64,000 bases of DNA from Acidobacteriota bacterium (GTDB taxonomy: Bacteria > Acidobacteriota > Thermoanaerobaculia > Gp7-AA8), in NCBI GenBank assembly GCA_003223645.1, contig QHVT01000007.1:106531-170530 (forward strand). Reading direction: 5' to 3'. This document shows positions 8,894 to 18,675 of this stretch, in pieces. A program made the position numbers and the translations under genes. The notes under the pieces are model-generated. The model was not told where the DNA came from. It searched no databases and worked only from the letters and a program-made list of their open reading frames with translations. Positions within the stretch are counted from its first letter, which is position 1. Each line of letters starts with the position of its first letter.

Positions 8894-9437
8894 GGCGCTC
8901 GCCGGCTTCGTCGCCGGCCTCGCGGTGTGGCTGCTGCTCTCGCCGCAGTACGACCGGCTCATTGCGCGCTGCGCGGAAGCGACGCTGCGCACGTTCGAAA
9001 AACCGCCGGTCACGCGTCTACGTCCTGGAGAAGATCAGTACGTGACGGTCGATCGCACCGACTTCGGTTCCGGTTCGCAACGTCCCGCGATTCCGCTGCG
9101 CGACCTCACGTTCAACTTCGTCCTCCTGACCGCGTTGTTCGCGACCGGAAAGCGTCCATTCTCCGATCGCAACATCGCCGGCTTTCTCATCGCCTCCGTG
9201 CTCCTCGGCCTCACGCACATCGGCGCTGCAATCACCGAGGTGATGTCGATTTACGTCGCGAAACTCGGATTGTGGAGCAACGTTCACTACGGCTCGTTCG
9301 CGCGCAACTTCTGGGGAGTCGCGAATCACTTCTACCGCCTCGTGCTGATGTACGCGATCGCGTTTGCGCTCTGGTGGATTTTTCGCGGGAATGACGGAGA
9401 CGAGCGCACAAAAACGAGAGGTAGACGGCGACGCTAG
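8862..9437 (+). CDS. hypothetical 4-TM membrane protein, overlapping and probably co-transcribed with exosortase-like gene
   Basis: 191 aa, four hydrophobic segments, basic C-terminus; 32-nt overlap with upstream gene. Confidence 0.4.
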   Translation: MPALDWRLVVKALAGFVAGLAVWLLLSPQYDRLIARCAEATLRTFEKPPVTRLRPGEDQYVTVDRTDFGSGSQRPAIPLRDLTFNFVLLTALFATGKRPFSDRNIAGFLIASVLLGLTHIGAAITEVMSIYVAKLGLWSNVHYGSFARNFWGVANHFYRLVLMYAIAFALWWIFRGNDGDERTKTRGRRRR

Positions 9438-9476
9438 CGGCGATGTAAAACAGTCCTTTCGGAGGGCACTCGACGC

Positions 9477-10382
9477 ATGCGGCTGGTCACCCGCGGTGAC
9501 CTCGACGGACTCACGGGCGCCGTCATCATCACGATGAAGGAGCCGGTGGACGAAATCCTGCTCGTACACCCGCAGGACATCACCGACAAGCGCGTCGACA
9601 TTCGCCCGGACGATATTCTCGTGAACCTGCCGTACGACCCGCGCTGCGGCATGTGGTTCGATCACCATCTCCTCACCGACAGCAACGAGAAGCCGCCAGC
9701 CGATTACAAGGGACGGTACGGACTCGCGCCGTCGGCCGCGCGTCTCGTGTACGACTACTACATCGAGCGCGATCCCGATGACGCGGCGCTGAAGAGATTC
9801 GCGCCGCTGGTGGATGAAACGGATCGACTCGACGCCGCGCTCCTCACTCCCGACGATGTCGAGAATCCGCGCGAGTACATCCTCCTCGGATACACGATCG
9901 ACAGCCGCACCGGCTTCGGTCAGTTCGAGGATTACTTTCACAAGCTCATCGAGGCGCTGAAGACGAAGAGCATTCAGGAAGTGCTGGCGATGCCGGAGGT
10001 GCGCGAGCGCATCGACCGCCTGCGCGCCGACCAGTCGAATTTCAAGACCCTGCTCTCGCGCAACAGCTTCCAGTTGAACAACGTCGTCGTGACGGATTTG
10101 CGCGAGATCGAACAGCTTCCGGCCGGCAACCGCTTTCTCGTCTACACGCTCTTCCCCGACGCCAATGTGTCGCTGCGCGTGCACTGGGGACCGCGCCACG
10201 GCAGCGTGATCGCGGCGGTGGGACACAGCATCTTCAACCGCACGTGCAACACGTCGGTGGGCGAGCTGATGTCGCGCTTCGGCGGCGGCGGACATCGCGG
10301 CGCGGGGACGTGCGTGCTGCCGATCGACTCGGCTGCCGACGCGATCGACGAGATCCTGTTCGAGCTGCAGGCGAACGGGTGA
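9477..10382 (+). CDS. DHH/DHHA1-family phosphoesterase (NrnA-like nanoRNase/pAp phosphatase)
   Basis: RGDLDGLTGAVII (DxDG), MWFDHH (DHH motif), C-terminal GGGGHRGAGTC (DHHA1 GGGH..AG). Confidence 0.7.
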   Translation: MRLVTRGDLDGLTGAVIITMKEPVDEILLVHPQDITDKRVDIRPDDILVNLPYDPRCGMWFDHHLLTDSNEKPPADYKGRYGLAPSAARLVYDYYIERDPDDAALKRFAPLVDETDRLDAALLTPDDVENPREYILLGYTIDSRTGFGQFEDYFHKLIEALKTKSIQEVLAMPEVRERIDRLRADQSNFKTLLSRNSFQLNNVVVTDLREIEQLPAGNRFLVYTLFPDANVSLRVHWGPRHGSVIAAVGHSIFNRTCNTSVGELMSRFGGGGHRGAGTCVLPIDSAADAIDEILFELQANG

Positions 10383-10825
10383 AGCTGCGCGTCGCGACCG
10401 CGGACGACGCGCGTTGGATCAACGAGCGCTACGCCGAGGTGCGATTCCTCCCGTCCGATCTCTCGCACGAAGTCATCGTGATCGCGTCGATCGACGACGA
10501 GCCCGCAGGCCTCGGACGCATCGTCGACGTCGACGAACACTCGTGCGAGCTGGGAGGCATGCTCGTGTTCGAGCGGTTCCGCGGCCGCGGCGTCGCGCGC
10601 GCGATCATCGACGAGCTCCTCCGCCACGCGCGCGGACGCGACGTGTACTGCATCCCGTTCGCGGAGTTGGAAGCGCTCTACGCAAGCGCGGGATTCACGC
10701 GCGCAAGCGAAGCGCCGCGCGAGGTGCGGGAGAAGTTCGAATGGTGTCAGCGGACGTATGAGAAGCCGGTGATCCTCACCGTCATCCTGAGGCGCAAAGA
10801 CGCCGAAGGATCTCAGGATACGTAG
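10379..10825 (+). CDS. GNAT-family N-acetyltransferase
   Basis: GLGRIVDVDEHSCELGGMLVFERFRGRGVARAIIDELL acetyl-CoA-binding R/Q-x-x-G-x-G/A motif; GTG start overlapping upstream stop (GTGA). Confidence 0.7.
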   Translation: MKLRVATADDARWINERYAEVRFLPSDLSHEVIVIASIDDEPAGLGRIVDVDEHSCELGGMLVFERFRGRGVARAIIDELLRHARGRDVYCIPFAELEALYASAGFTRASEAPREVREKFEWCQRTYEKPVILTVILRRKDAEGSQDT

Positions 10826-10857
10826 CTTGAGATCCTTCGCCGTCTGCGCGGCTCAGG
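10783..10857. terminator. ~31-bp imperfect inverted repeat between convergent genes; putative bidirectional terminator hairpin
   Basis: cctgaggcgcaaagacgccgaaggatctcag ... cttgagatccttcgccgtctgcgcggctcagg; spans GNAT stop (10825) and thioesterase stop (10868); no clear U-tract. Confidence 0.4.
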
Positions 10858-10867
10858 ATGACGAGAG

Positions 10868-11347
10868 TCACCACCGGAAAAACGCCGGATGCCCTTCCTT
10901 CACCGCCACGAACGTTCCGCGACACGTAGCCGTCACTTTTCCGTTCGCTTCCAGCGTCGCCTCGACGGTCGCGCGGTCTTCACTCGCCTCGACCACGTGT
11001 GCGCGGAGGTGCAGCGTCGCGTCCATCGGCGTCGGGCGTTTCAACGTCACGTGAAAGTCGAGCGTGACCGTGGCCGGCAACTCGGAGGCGCCGCGCTTCT
11101 TCATCAGATACACGGCCGCGGTCCAGTTGCTGTGGCAGTCGAGGAGCGATCCGATGATGCCGCCGTTGACGATGTTGTTGAAGGCGAGATGGTGCGGCTC
11201 GGGGCGCCAGTCGCACACAAGCTCGTCGCCCTCTTCGAAACTGCGGATGCGCAGTCCCTTCTCATTCGCCGGTCCGCAGCCGAAGCAGCGGTTGTTCGGC
11301 GCAAAAGTCTCCTGCAACGACTTCACGGCCGGCATCGTATAACGCAC
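10868..11347 (-). CDS. PaaI/YbgC-type hotdog-fold thioesterase
   Basis: 159 aa; FGCGPANEKGLRIRSF...HHLAFNNIVNGGIIGSLLD typical PaaI thioesterase pattern. Confidence 0.7.
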   Translation of the reverse strand: MRYTMPAVKSLQETFAPNNRCFGCGPANEKGLRIRSFEEGDELVCDWRPEPHHLAFNNIVNGGIIGSLLDCHSNWTAAVYLMKKRGASELPATVTLDFHVTLKRPTPMDATLHLRAHVVEASEDRATVEATLEANGKVTATCRGTFVAVKEGHPAFFRW

Positions 11348-11352
11348 CTGAC

Positions 11353-12663
11353 ATGATCGCGATCCTCCTCGCTACCGCGCTCACCGTGCACGTACCGGAG
11401 AAGCCGGGCGGCCGCACGATCAACCTCAATGTCTCGGTCATCGAGTCGAAAGAGAAGCACGACGACGCGATCTTCGCGCTCGCCGGCGGCCCCGGCGTCG
11501 CCGCGACCGGCATGGCCGGCTACATGACGCGCACGTTCGCCGGATCGGGACGCGACATCGTGCTCATCGACGCGCGCGGCACCGGCAAATCGAATCCGCT
11601 GCACTGCGACTTCGGCGGCAGCGACAAAGACCTGCAGGGGTACTTCAACGACTTCCTGCCGCTCGACAAAGTGACGGAGTGCCGCGACCAGCTCGCGAAG
11701 CGCGCCGATCTGACGCAGTACACGACGTCGCGCATCGTCGACGACGTCGAAGCCGTCCGCAAGAAGCTCGGCTACAAACAGATCGATCTCTACGGCACGT
11801 CGTACGGCACGCGCGTCGCCATCGAGTACATGCGCCGCTATCCGAAGAACGTGCGCGCGGCGATCCTCGACGGCGTCGTGCCGCCGTCGCTGCACATATC
11901 CGAGACGTTCGCCGCCGACGCGCAAAGCTCGCTGGATCGCGTGATCGATCTCTGCCTCGCCGACGCGGATTGCGGAGAGACCTATCCGCGACTGCGCGAC
12001 GACTATGCGACGGTGATGGACCGTGTCGCCGACGAAGGCATCGACGTCGCGCTGGAAGGGAAGAGCGTGCACATCAACCGCGGATTGTTCGGCGAAGTGC
12101 TGCGCAATTTCCTCTACTCACCCGAGGTCTACAAGAAAGTGCCGCAGGTGATCTACAACGCGGCGCGCGGCAACTGGGTCCTGTTCGGTGACATGGCGCT
12201 GAAGTACGTGCGCGGCATCCGCGAAGGAGTCGACGTCGGATTGTTTCTCTCCGTCAGCTGCACCGAGGACGTGCCGTCGATGGAGATCGCCAAAGCGCGC
12301 TTGGCCGCGAAGGGCACGTTCCTCGGCACCTACCGCGTCAATCAGCAATACGAGGCGTGCAAGATCTGGCCGCACGGAAGCGCCGTCGACAACTCGACGA
12401 TCCATCAGCCGCTCGTGTCCGCGATCCCGACGCTGCTGGTGTCGGGCGAGCTCGATCCCGCGACGCCGCCGCGCTTCGGAGACGAAGTCGCGCGCGGTCT
12501 CAAAAACTCGCTGCACGCCGTCATCAAGTACGGCAGCCACTCCGGCGACACGGGCGGATGTCAGGAAAAGGTGATGAGCGAGTTCGTGCGCGAAGGATCG
12601 GCGGCGAACCTCGAGCACGACTGCTTCGAGTCGCAGAAGAAGCCGTCGTTCACCGGCAAATGA
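11353..12663 (+). CDS. alpha/beta-hydrolase (peptidase S33-like)
   Basis: 436 aa; nucleophile elbow GTSYG, ALAGGPGVAATG oxyanion region. Confidence 0.65.
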   Translation: MIAILLATALTVHVPEKPGGRTINLNVSVIESKEKHDDAIFALAGGPGVAATGMAGYMTRTFAGSGRDIVLIDARGTGKSNPLHCDFGGSDKDLQGYFNDFLPLDKVTECRDQLAKRADLTQYTTSRIVDDVEAVRKKLGYKQIDLYGTSYGTRVAIEYMRRYPKNVRAAILDGVVPPSLHISETFAADAQSSLDRVIDLCLADADCGETYPRLRDDYATVMDRVADEGIDVALEGKSVHINRGLFGEVLRNFLYSPEVYKKVPQVIYNAARGNWVLFGDMALKYVRGIREGVDVGLFLSVSCTEDVPSMEIAKARLAAKGTFLGTYRVNQQYEACKIWPHGSAVDNSTIHQPLVSAIPTLLVSGELDPATPPRFGDEVARGLKNSLHAVIKYGSHSGDTGGCQEKVMSEFVREGSAANLEHDCFESQKKPSFTGK

Positions 12664-12765
12664 TTTGTGGTGACCGCTGCCCCAGCGGTCACACCGCCGC
12701 CATTGGCGGCGGCTCAGCGGCGCGTTGCGCCGCGCGACCGCTGAGGGCAGCGGCCGCCACAAGAA

Positions 12766-13341
12766 TCACCACAAAGTCCGCGCGTACTCCATCACGTCAG
12801 GAAAAAAGATCTCGAATCGTCGCTCCAGCTCCGCGCGCGCGTCGACGAGCAGATGCGTGGCCGGCGCGAGCTTCGGCTGTCGCGAGAACCTTCGCGAGAT
12901 GCCTCGCAGCGCGGTCTCGATGCCTTCGAGCGTGCGATACGACAGCAGCCACTGCTGATCGCGCATGCGCGGATAGACGACGCGCAGCATTCCGGGAAGC
13001 GTCGCCTCGTGCGGATCGAGCCGCGCGTACGTGCGCGAGAGAAAACTCTCGAGGGACTCGCCGGCGAACTCGTCGAAGCGAGAGGCGAGGAAGTGATCGA
13101 TGAAGATGTCGGCGATGACGCGTGCGTAGTGGCCGTGCTCGGCGGCGATGACGCGGCGGAAGTCGCCGACGTGCGGATGCGCGTCGGTGTACGCGTCGAT
13201 CTTTCGATGCTGCACGACGCCGGCGCGGATCGCGGGCGGCAGCTCGTCGCCGAGAACGCCCTTCACGAAATCGCCGGACAAGTTACCAATCAGCGAATCT
13301 GTGGACGAACCGGCCAGAAAAAGATGAGCCAGGTGATTCAC
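12766..13341 (-). CDS. acpH: acyl carrier protein phosphodiesterase AcpH
   Basis: MNHLAHLFLAG N-terminus and overall AcpH-like HD-related pattern (HRKIDAYTDAHPHV). Confidence 0.75.
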   Translation of the reverse strand: MNHLAHLFLAGSSTDSLIGNLSGDFVKGVLGDELPPAIRAGVVQHRKIDAYTDAHPHVGDFRRVIAAEHGHYARVIADIFIDHFLASRFDEFAGESLESFLSRTYARLDPHEATLPGMLRVVYPRMRDQQWLLSYRTLEGIETALRGISRRFSRQPKLAPATHLLVDARAELERRFEIFFPDVMEYARTLW

Positions 13342-13433
13342 CTGAAAATAATCTTGCCTTCATCCGGCTTTTCCTGCACAGTAATTTCGCGTCTCGTCCA
13401 AAGACGTCCAAAAATTTCAGGGGAGCGTCCCGG

Positions 13434-14693
13434 TTGCCACGAGTCTTCGTCCGATTTGCGGTCGTGCTCATCGTCGTGGTTGGTTCTCTCCGCGCACGCG
13501 CGGAAGTGATCTCGACTCACTGCAGTGAATCGGAGGTGGCGATCGACGCGACGCACAACGTCGCGCGGCTCGATCGCTGCGGCGCGGACGCCGAGGGCGA
13601 GCTGCTCTGGTACCTCGACCGCATCGACCAGATCGGCGGCGTGCTCGACGGAGCGTTCGACCGCACGAGCGGCGGCGCCGGCAGCGTCATCTACGTGATG
13701 GACACCGGCGTGATGGCGTCGCACGGCGAGTTCGCGCGCGCCGGCGGCAGCCGCGTGATCGCCGGCATCGACACGACGTCGTCGGTCGACATCGGACGCT
13801 CGCGCTGCACGAGCGGAAACAAGGCGACCGCGCCGTGCTTCGAAGGATTCGAAGAGTTGTCTTCGGCGTCGCACGGCACGAGCGTCGCGTCGATCGCGGC
13901 CGGCAACCACATCGGCGTCGCGCCCGGCGCGTCGATCGTGAGCGTGAGGATCATGAACGAGCGCGGTCTCGCCACGACGCGCACGTATCTCGACGGACTC
14001 GACGGCATCATCAAGCACGCATGGAATCCGTCGACGCCTGCGTTCCGCACCGCGGTCGTGAACATCAGCGGATGGGTGCTCGAGCGGCTGGCCGGCACGA
14101 GCCAGAGCGGTCCCGTCGTTTCGTACGCGGCGGTCGAGAAGAAAATCCGCGACATGATCGGCGGCGTCGACGCGAACGGCAATCCCGATCCGAACGGCAA
14201 GCGCTTCTTCTTCGTCGTCGCCGCGAACAACGTCGACGGCGGCTGCGGCTCCTCCGGCGTCATCGATCGTTTCCCCGCAACCCTCGGCACCGCGATCAAC
14301 GGCGTCATCACCGTCGGCGGCATGACCGCGAGCAACACCGCGTGGAACGGCTCCTGCCGCGGCGGCGTGGAAGTGCTCGCGCCCGCGCAGTCGATCTTTT
14401 CCGCGACCATCACCGGCCCGCAGGATTATCGCGGCCGCCGCCCATTCCAACGCTCCGGCACTTCATTCGCCGCGCCGATCATCTCCGGCATCGCCGCGCG
14501 TCTCCTCGGCGAGCGTCCCGACCTCACGCCGCAGCAGCTCGAGTCGTGGATCGAAGCGACGCCGTCACGCGTCGTGAATCCCGACGCGACGCTCGCGAAC
14601 GGCAAGGTCGCATACGTTCGCTCGATCGCGGCGCCGGTTGCGCCCGCGGCGCCGACGCTCGCGAGCGCCATGCGCGCGGCGCTCGAGCCGTAG
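13434..14693 (+). CDS. secreted subtilisin-like serine peptidase (S8 family)
   Basis: Signal peptide; catalytic triad motifs VIYVMDTGV (Asp), HGTSVASIAAG (His), GTSFAAPIISG (Ser). Confidence 0.85.
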   Translation: MPRVFVRFAVVLIVVVGSLRARAEVISTHCSESEVAIDATHNVARLDRCGADAEGELLWYLDRIDQIGGVLDGAFDRTSGGAGSVIYVMDTGVMASHGEFARAGGSRVIAGIDTTSSVDIGRSRCTSGNKATAPCFEGFEELSSASHGTSVASIAAGNHIGVAPGASIVSVRIMNERGLATTRTYLDGLDGIIKHAWNPSTPAFRTAVVNISGWVLERLAGTSQSGPVVSYAAVEKKIRDMIGGVDANGNPDPNGKRFFFVVAANNVDGGCGSSGVIDRFPATLGTAINGVITVGGMTASNTAWNGSCRGGVEVLAPAQSIFSATITGPQDYRGRRPFQRSGTSFAAPIISGIAARLLGERPDLTPQQLESWIEATPSRVVNPDATLANGKVAYVRSIAAPVAPAAPTLASAMRAALEP

Positions 14694-14752
14694 TACGCGG
14701 TTACGCCGTCGCGCGGTCTGTGCTTCGCTTCTCCCGCGTAACCGCGCAACTG

Positions 14753-16159
14753 TCAGTTCCAAACCCCGACCAATCTTCGGTTCCACCAGTTGCCCGTGCG
14801 CGCGCGCTCTTCGCGCGTCGTGAACCAGTACTGCCACAGCACCGCGCGCACCTCGCGCGGCGGTTGCTTCGCGAACGGATTGCCGCGAAACAGACGCAAC
14901 ACGTCGGGATCGTTTTCGATGAGGCGCTGCTCGACCGCGAGCACCCACGGATTGTCGGATGGCGTGCCGAGCGACGCGAACCAGAGGTTCCAGTCGAAGC
15001 GCGGCTGATACGGCGCGTAAATGCCGGGCGCGCGGCGCGGGTCCTGCGGTTTGAAGCGGAACGGATAGGCGATCCAGGTTCGTCCGTCGCGCGTGCCCTG
15101 AAACTCAATTTCGTAACGCTGCCGCGTCATCACCGCGAAGAGGCCGTAGTTGTTGACGATGCGGAACTGCGCGATCGGATCGAAGCGCGTGAAAAACATC
15201 GCGATCGAGAGGGTGAAGATCAGCGGCAGGACGATCAGCTGCGGGATCGCGAAGCGGCGTTGCGGCATCTCGACGGGCGCGCGGTCTTCGAGCAACAGGA
15301 TGCCGAGGGCGAGGACGAGATAGTTGAGAAACGCGTAGTTTGCGGTGAGGATGATGCCGATCTGCAGCGGAGTCGTGATCGCGAACGCGACGAGGCGCGC
15401 GCGTTTCGACGGAATGAACAGCAACCAGCAGACGAACAGCTCGGCGAGCAACGTCACCAGTGCGGTCGCGGCGTGGAACCAGTGCGGGAAGTGCTGCACG
15501 TGCCACGCGATCCACGTCGGCAGCGGACCGTTCTCGTAGTACTTGTCCATCGCCGTGAGATTGCGCCACTGCTCATCGCCGCTGAGGATCTTCACGACGC
15601 CGGACTCGAAGTAGATGCGAAACCACTCCCACTGCAGAAGAAAAACGGCGGCGCGCGTCGGCGGATCATGCGCGCCGATGCGCGGCAGAAATCCGCGCGG
15701 CGCGAGAAAGAGCGAAAGGAACGCCGCCTCGAGCAGCATCCCGTCCGATTGATATCCCGAGAAATCCTGCGCCGCGCTGACGAACGAGAGGAAGCAAATC
15801 AGCGCGACGCCGATCGACACTCGCGGCCACAAGTTGAAGATGATGGCGAGCGACGCCGCGAGTCCCGCGACGACGAGCAGCGTCAGCGCCGTCCGGCTCG
15901 CATCGATCCAGAGCACCGAAGGAATCAGCCAATACGCACGCGCGCCGACGACCTGCTTCGCGTACAAGAGGTAGTCGCGCGCCGGCAGAATCCCGCGCGG
16001 CCCGATCAGTCCGTGAATCTGAAACCAGAGTGCGTAAAACGCGGAAAAGAAAATCGCGCCCAGCGCGCGCAGCCATAACCAGCGCGCGGTGAGAAACGGT
16101 GCCGCGTCGCGAAACCAGCGCGCGAGGAAGGGGCGGTCGGAGGGGACGCTTTCGAACAC
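14753..16159 (-). CDS. lipase maturation factor (LMF/DUF1222) family polytopic membrane protein; start uncertain (GTG 16159 or 16147; track start 16243 lies inside REP)
   Basis: Multi-TM body and C-terminal VLWQYWFTTREERARTGNWWNRR typical of LMF family. Confidence 0.65.
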   Translation of the reverse strand: MFESVPSDRPFLARWFRDAAPFLTARWLWLRALGAIFFSAFYALWFQIHGLIGPRGILPARDYLLYAKQVVGARAYWLIPSVLWIDASRTALTLLVVAGLAASLAIIFNLWPRVSIGVALICFLSFVSAAQDFSGYQSDGMLLEAAFLSLFLAPRGFLPRIGAHDPPTRAAVFLLQWEWFRIYFESGVVKILSGDEQWRNLTAMDKYYENGPLPTWIAWHVQHFPHWFHAATALVTLLAELFVCWLLFIPSKRARLVAFAITTPLQIGIILTANYAFLNYLVLALGILLLEDRAPVEMPQRRFAIPQLIVLPLIFTLSIAMFFTRFDPIAQFRIVNNYGLFAVMTRQRYEIEFQGTRDGRTWIAYPFRFKPQDPRRAPGIYAPYQPRFDWNLWFASLGTPSDNPWVLAVEQRLIENDPDVLRLFRGNPFAKQPPREVRAVLWQYWFTTREERARTGNWWNRRLVGVWN

Positions 16160-16252
16160 GCTCGATTGTAGTGTGGAGCGGCGGCCGCCTCGGCCGCCGA
16201 CTTCTCGCGAGAAACCGGCGGCTGAGGGCGGCCGCCGCTCCACAATTCTTCG

Positions 16253-18463
16253 TTACGCCGCCGCCGCCACCGTCCCGATCGCCGCGAGCAGCTCCGTCAG
16301 CTCGTACGGCTTCATCAGCGCGAGGATCCGTTTCTTCGCGCAGCCGATCGTCAGCTCGACGTGTCCCGTCGACAGAACGATCGGCAGGTCCTCGTGCTCG
16401 ACGCGCAGCAGTCCCACGAGATCGATTCCGTTTCCATCCGGCAGGTTCACGTCGATGATCGCGACCTCGGGTTGAATGCGGCGTGCGGCCTCGCACACTT
16501 CGGCCGCGCAGCGCACCCACGTCGTCTCGTATCCCTCCGCCGTCAGCAGCGCTTCGAGCCCGGCGCCGACGGAGTGATCGTCTTCGACGAGGAGGATGCG
16601 TTTCACTCCCGTGGTCGTGCAACCGAGCGGTTGCACGACCGGAGTCGCGGACTCCGCGGCCGGGACGAGCGCGTGAAATGCGGCTCCGCCTTCCGGCCGG
16701 TTCTCGACCGTCAGCGCGCCGCCCTGCCGCTCCATGAGGCGCCGCGCGATGGCGAGACCGAGTCCCGTGCCGTTGCGCTTCGTCGTGTACAGCGGCTCGA
16801 AGATGCGGTCCATCATCTGCGGCGCGATGCCGGAGCCGCTGTCGGCGACGGTGATGCGCAGGAACTCGCCGTCCGCGCCGAGGGAGACGCCGACGTCGAT
16901 CGTGCCCGCAACGGTGATCGCTTCGCGCGCGTTGAAGACGAGATTCGTGATGACCTGCTCGAGATGTTCGCGGTCGCCGCGCAGGAATCGCACGCGCGAC
17001 TCGATCGAGCTGCTGAGCAAGATCGACGGCGGCAGCGCTGCGCCGAGCTGTGCGAGAAATGCCGGCAGCCAGCGCCGCACGTCGACGGTGAAAAGCTGCG
17101 GCTCTTTCGGATTGGCGAAGCGCAGGATCTCCTGCGACGCGCGCTTGCCGCGGCTGATCGCGCGGCGGATGTGGTCGAGCGCGTCGTCGACGCCGTGGGC
17201 GGCGGGAACGTTGCGCGCGATGACTTCGACGAACGGCTGGATGCCCATCAGCACGTTGTTGAATTCGTGCGCGAGCGACGCCGCGACCTGCCCGAGGCTG
17301 TTGAGCTGCTTCGCCTGTTCGAGCTTGCGCGCGATGTTGCGCTGCTCCGTAACGTCGCGCGCCATGCCGATCGTGCCGGACATCACGCCGTCGACGAAGC
17401 GCGGCTGCAGCGACACTTCGACCGTGACGACTTCTCCCGATCGCGCGGGCAAGTCGTACTCGCGGATGACCCGCGAGTCGTTGGGCGCGTGTTGCAGCGC
17501 GGGCGGCATCGCATGCGGCGTGAACAGCTCCGTGAACGGACGGCCGATCCATTCTTCGATGCCATATCCGGTGCTGCGCTCGAAGCTGCGGCTCAGCGAA
17601 ACGAAGCGGCCTTCGCGATCGAGCGTGAAGAGGATGTCGGTGACGTCTTCGACGAGCTCGCGGTAGCGCTGCTCGGATGCTTCCAAGGCCTGCTGCGCGC
17701 GCACCTTCTCGGTGATGTCGCGCGCGATGACCTGCACGGCGTCGCGATTGCCGTAGCGAAGCGGCAGCGCGGCGACTTCGACGTCCAGCAGCGATCCGTC
17801 GACGCGAACGATGCGCTCGCGAATGTACGGAACGCTCTCGCCGGCATTGAGCTGTCCGAAGCGATCGCGTACATCCTGCTGATTGCTCGGATCGACGAAC
17901 GACAGGACGGTCCGGCCGATGATCTCCGATTCGCTCTTCGCGCCGAGCAGCTGCACGAACGCCTGATTGACATAGGCGAACGTTCCGTCGACGTGGACGC
18001 CGATGCAGTCGGGCGACAGCTCGACCATCCGCCGGAAGTTCTCGCGGCTCTCCCGCGACGCCTCCTCGGCCGCATGCTCGCGCGTGATGTCGACCATCAC
18101 GCCGAACAATTCGACCGCCACTCCGTCCACGGAATGCACGTTCACGTAGTCGCGCAGCCACACGTCGTGGCCGTCGGCGGCGACCATGCGATAGACGAGC
18201 TCGTGATCGCGGCAGGCCAGCGTCTCGTTGTGGCAGAGCATGGCGACGTGCTCGTCCTCAGGGTGAAGATGCGAGACCCAGAACTGTGGCTCGTTCAGCC
18301 AGCGCTCGACCGGATATCCGAGAAGCGTCTCGGCTGCCGGGCTCACGTACGTGAACTTGAAATTTTTTGCGGACGCGGACCAGGCAATGGCCGGCATCGC
18401 ATCGAGCAGACGCGAGCGGCGCTCCTCCGGGCAGTTTGTGGACTGGTGCATAGCAGTAACCAT
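16253..18463 (-). CDS. hybrid sensor histidine kinase: 3x PAS - HisKA - HATPase_c - C-terminal receiver
   Basis: 736 aa; repeated PAS cores, SLAHEFNNVLMGI H-box, NLVFNAREA, DSGSGIAP, GTGLGLAIARRL, then RILLVEDD...DVNLPDGNGIDL receiver. Confidence 0.85.
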   Translation of the reverse strand: MVTAMHQSTNCPEERRSRLLDAMPAIAWSASAKNFKFTYVSPAAETLLGYPVERWLNEPQFWVSHLHPEDEHVAMLCHNETLACRDHELVYRMVAADGHDVWLRDYVNVHSVDGVAVELFGVMVDITREHAAEEASRESRENFRRMVELSPDCIGVHVDGTFAYVNQAFVQLLGAKSESEIIGRTVLSFVDPSNQQDVRDRFGQLNAGESVPYIRERIVRVDGSLLDVEVAALPLRYGNRDAVQVIARDITEKVRAQQALEASEQRYRELVEDVTDILFTLDREGRFVSLSRSFERSTGYGIEEWIGRPFTELFTPHAMPPALQHAPNDSRVIREYDLPARSGEVVTVEVSLQPRFVDGVMSGTIGMARDVTEQRNIARKLEQAKQLNSLGQVAASLAHEFNNVLMGIQPFVEVIARNVPAAHGVDDALDHIRRAISRGKRASQEILRFANPKEPQLFTVDVRRWLPAFLAQLGAALPPSILLSSSIESRVRFLRGDREHLEQVITNLVFNAREAITVAGTIDVGVSLGADGEFLRITVADSGSGIAPQMMDRIFEPLYTTKRNGTGLGLAIARRLMERQGGALTVENRPEGGAAFHALVPAAESATPVVQPLGCTTTGVKRILLVEDDHSVGAGLEALLTAEGYETTWVRCAAEVCEAARRIQPEVAIIDVNLPDGNGIDLVGLLRVEHEDLPIVLSTGHVELTIGCAKKRILALMKPYELTELLAAIGTVAAAA

Positions 18464-18534
18464 GTAATTCCTTAGTGATTGATTGTCGTAGTCGAGCGCC
18501 TAATCAGGAGAGACGCGCATAAATTCCGTTCGCA

Positions 18535-18563
18535 TCGCAATGTTGCAAACCGCATTGCACGAG
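18535..18563. promoter_or_regulatory. inverted repeat GCAATG-N11-CATTGC (contains TTGCAA), candidate enhancer/UAS upstream of sigma54-type promoter
   Basis: cGCAATGttgcaaaccgCATTGCac located ~50-75 bp upstream of the -24 element. Confidence 0.3.
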
Positions 18564-18608
18564 TCTGCCGAACGGCAGGAAGCTCGTCCGGAAGAGTGCA
18601 CATCCATC

Positions 18609-18624
18609 TGGCATTTTTGGTGCT
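18609..18624 (+). promoter_or_regulatory. sigma54 (RpoN)-type -24/-12 promoter
   Basis: TGGCATttttgGTGCT: GG and GC spaced exactly as in consensus TGGCACG-N4-TTGCW; followed by strong SD AGGAGGAGG (18661-18669) and ATG 18676. Confidence 0.5.
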
Positions 18625-18675
18625 TCTCCTTCCAGCAGTAGTTGCAGACGTTGTTGTTGTAGGAGGAGGCTCGAG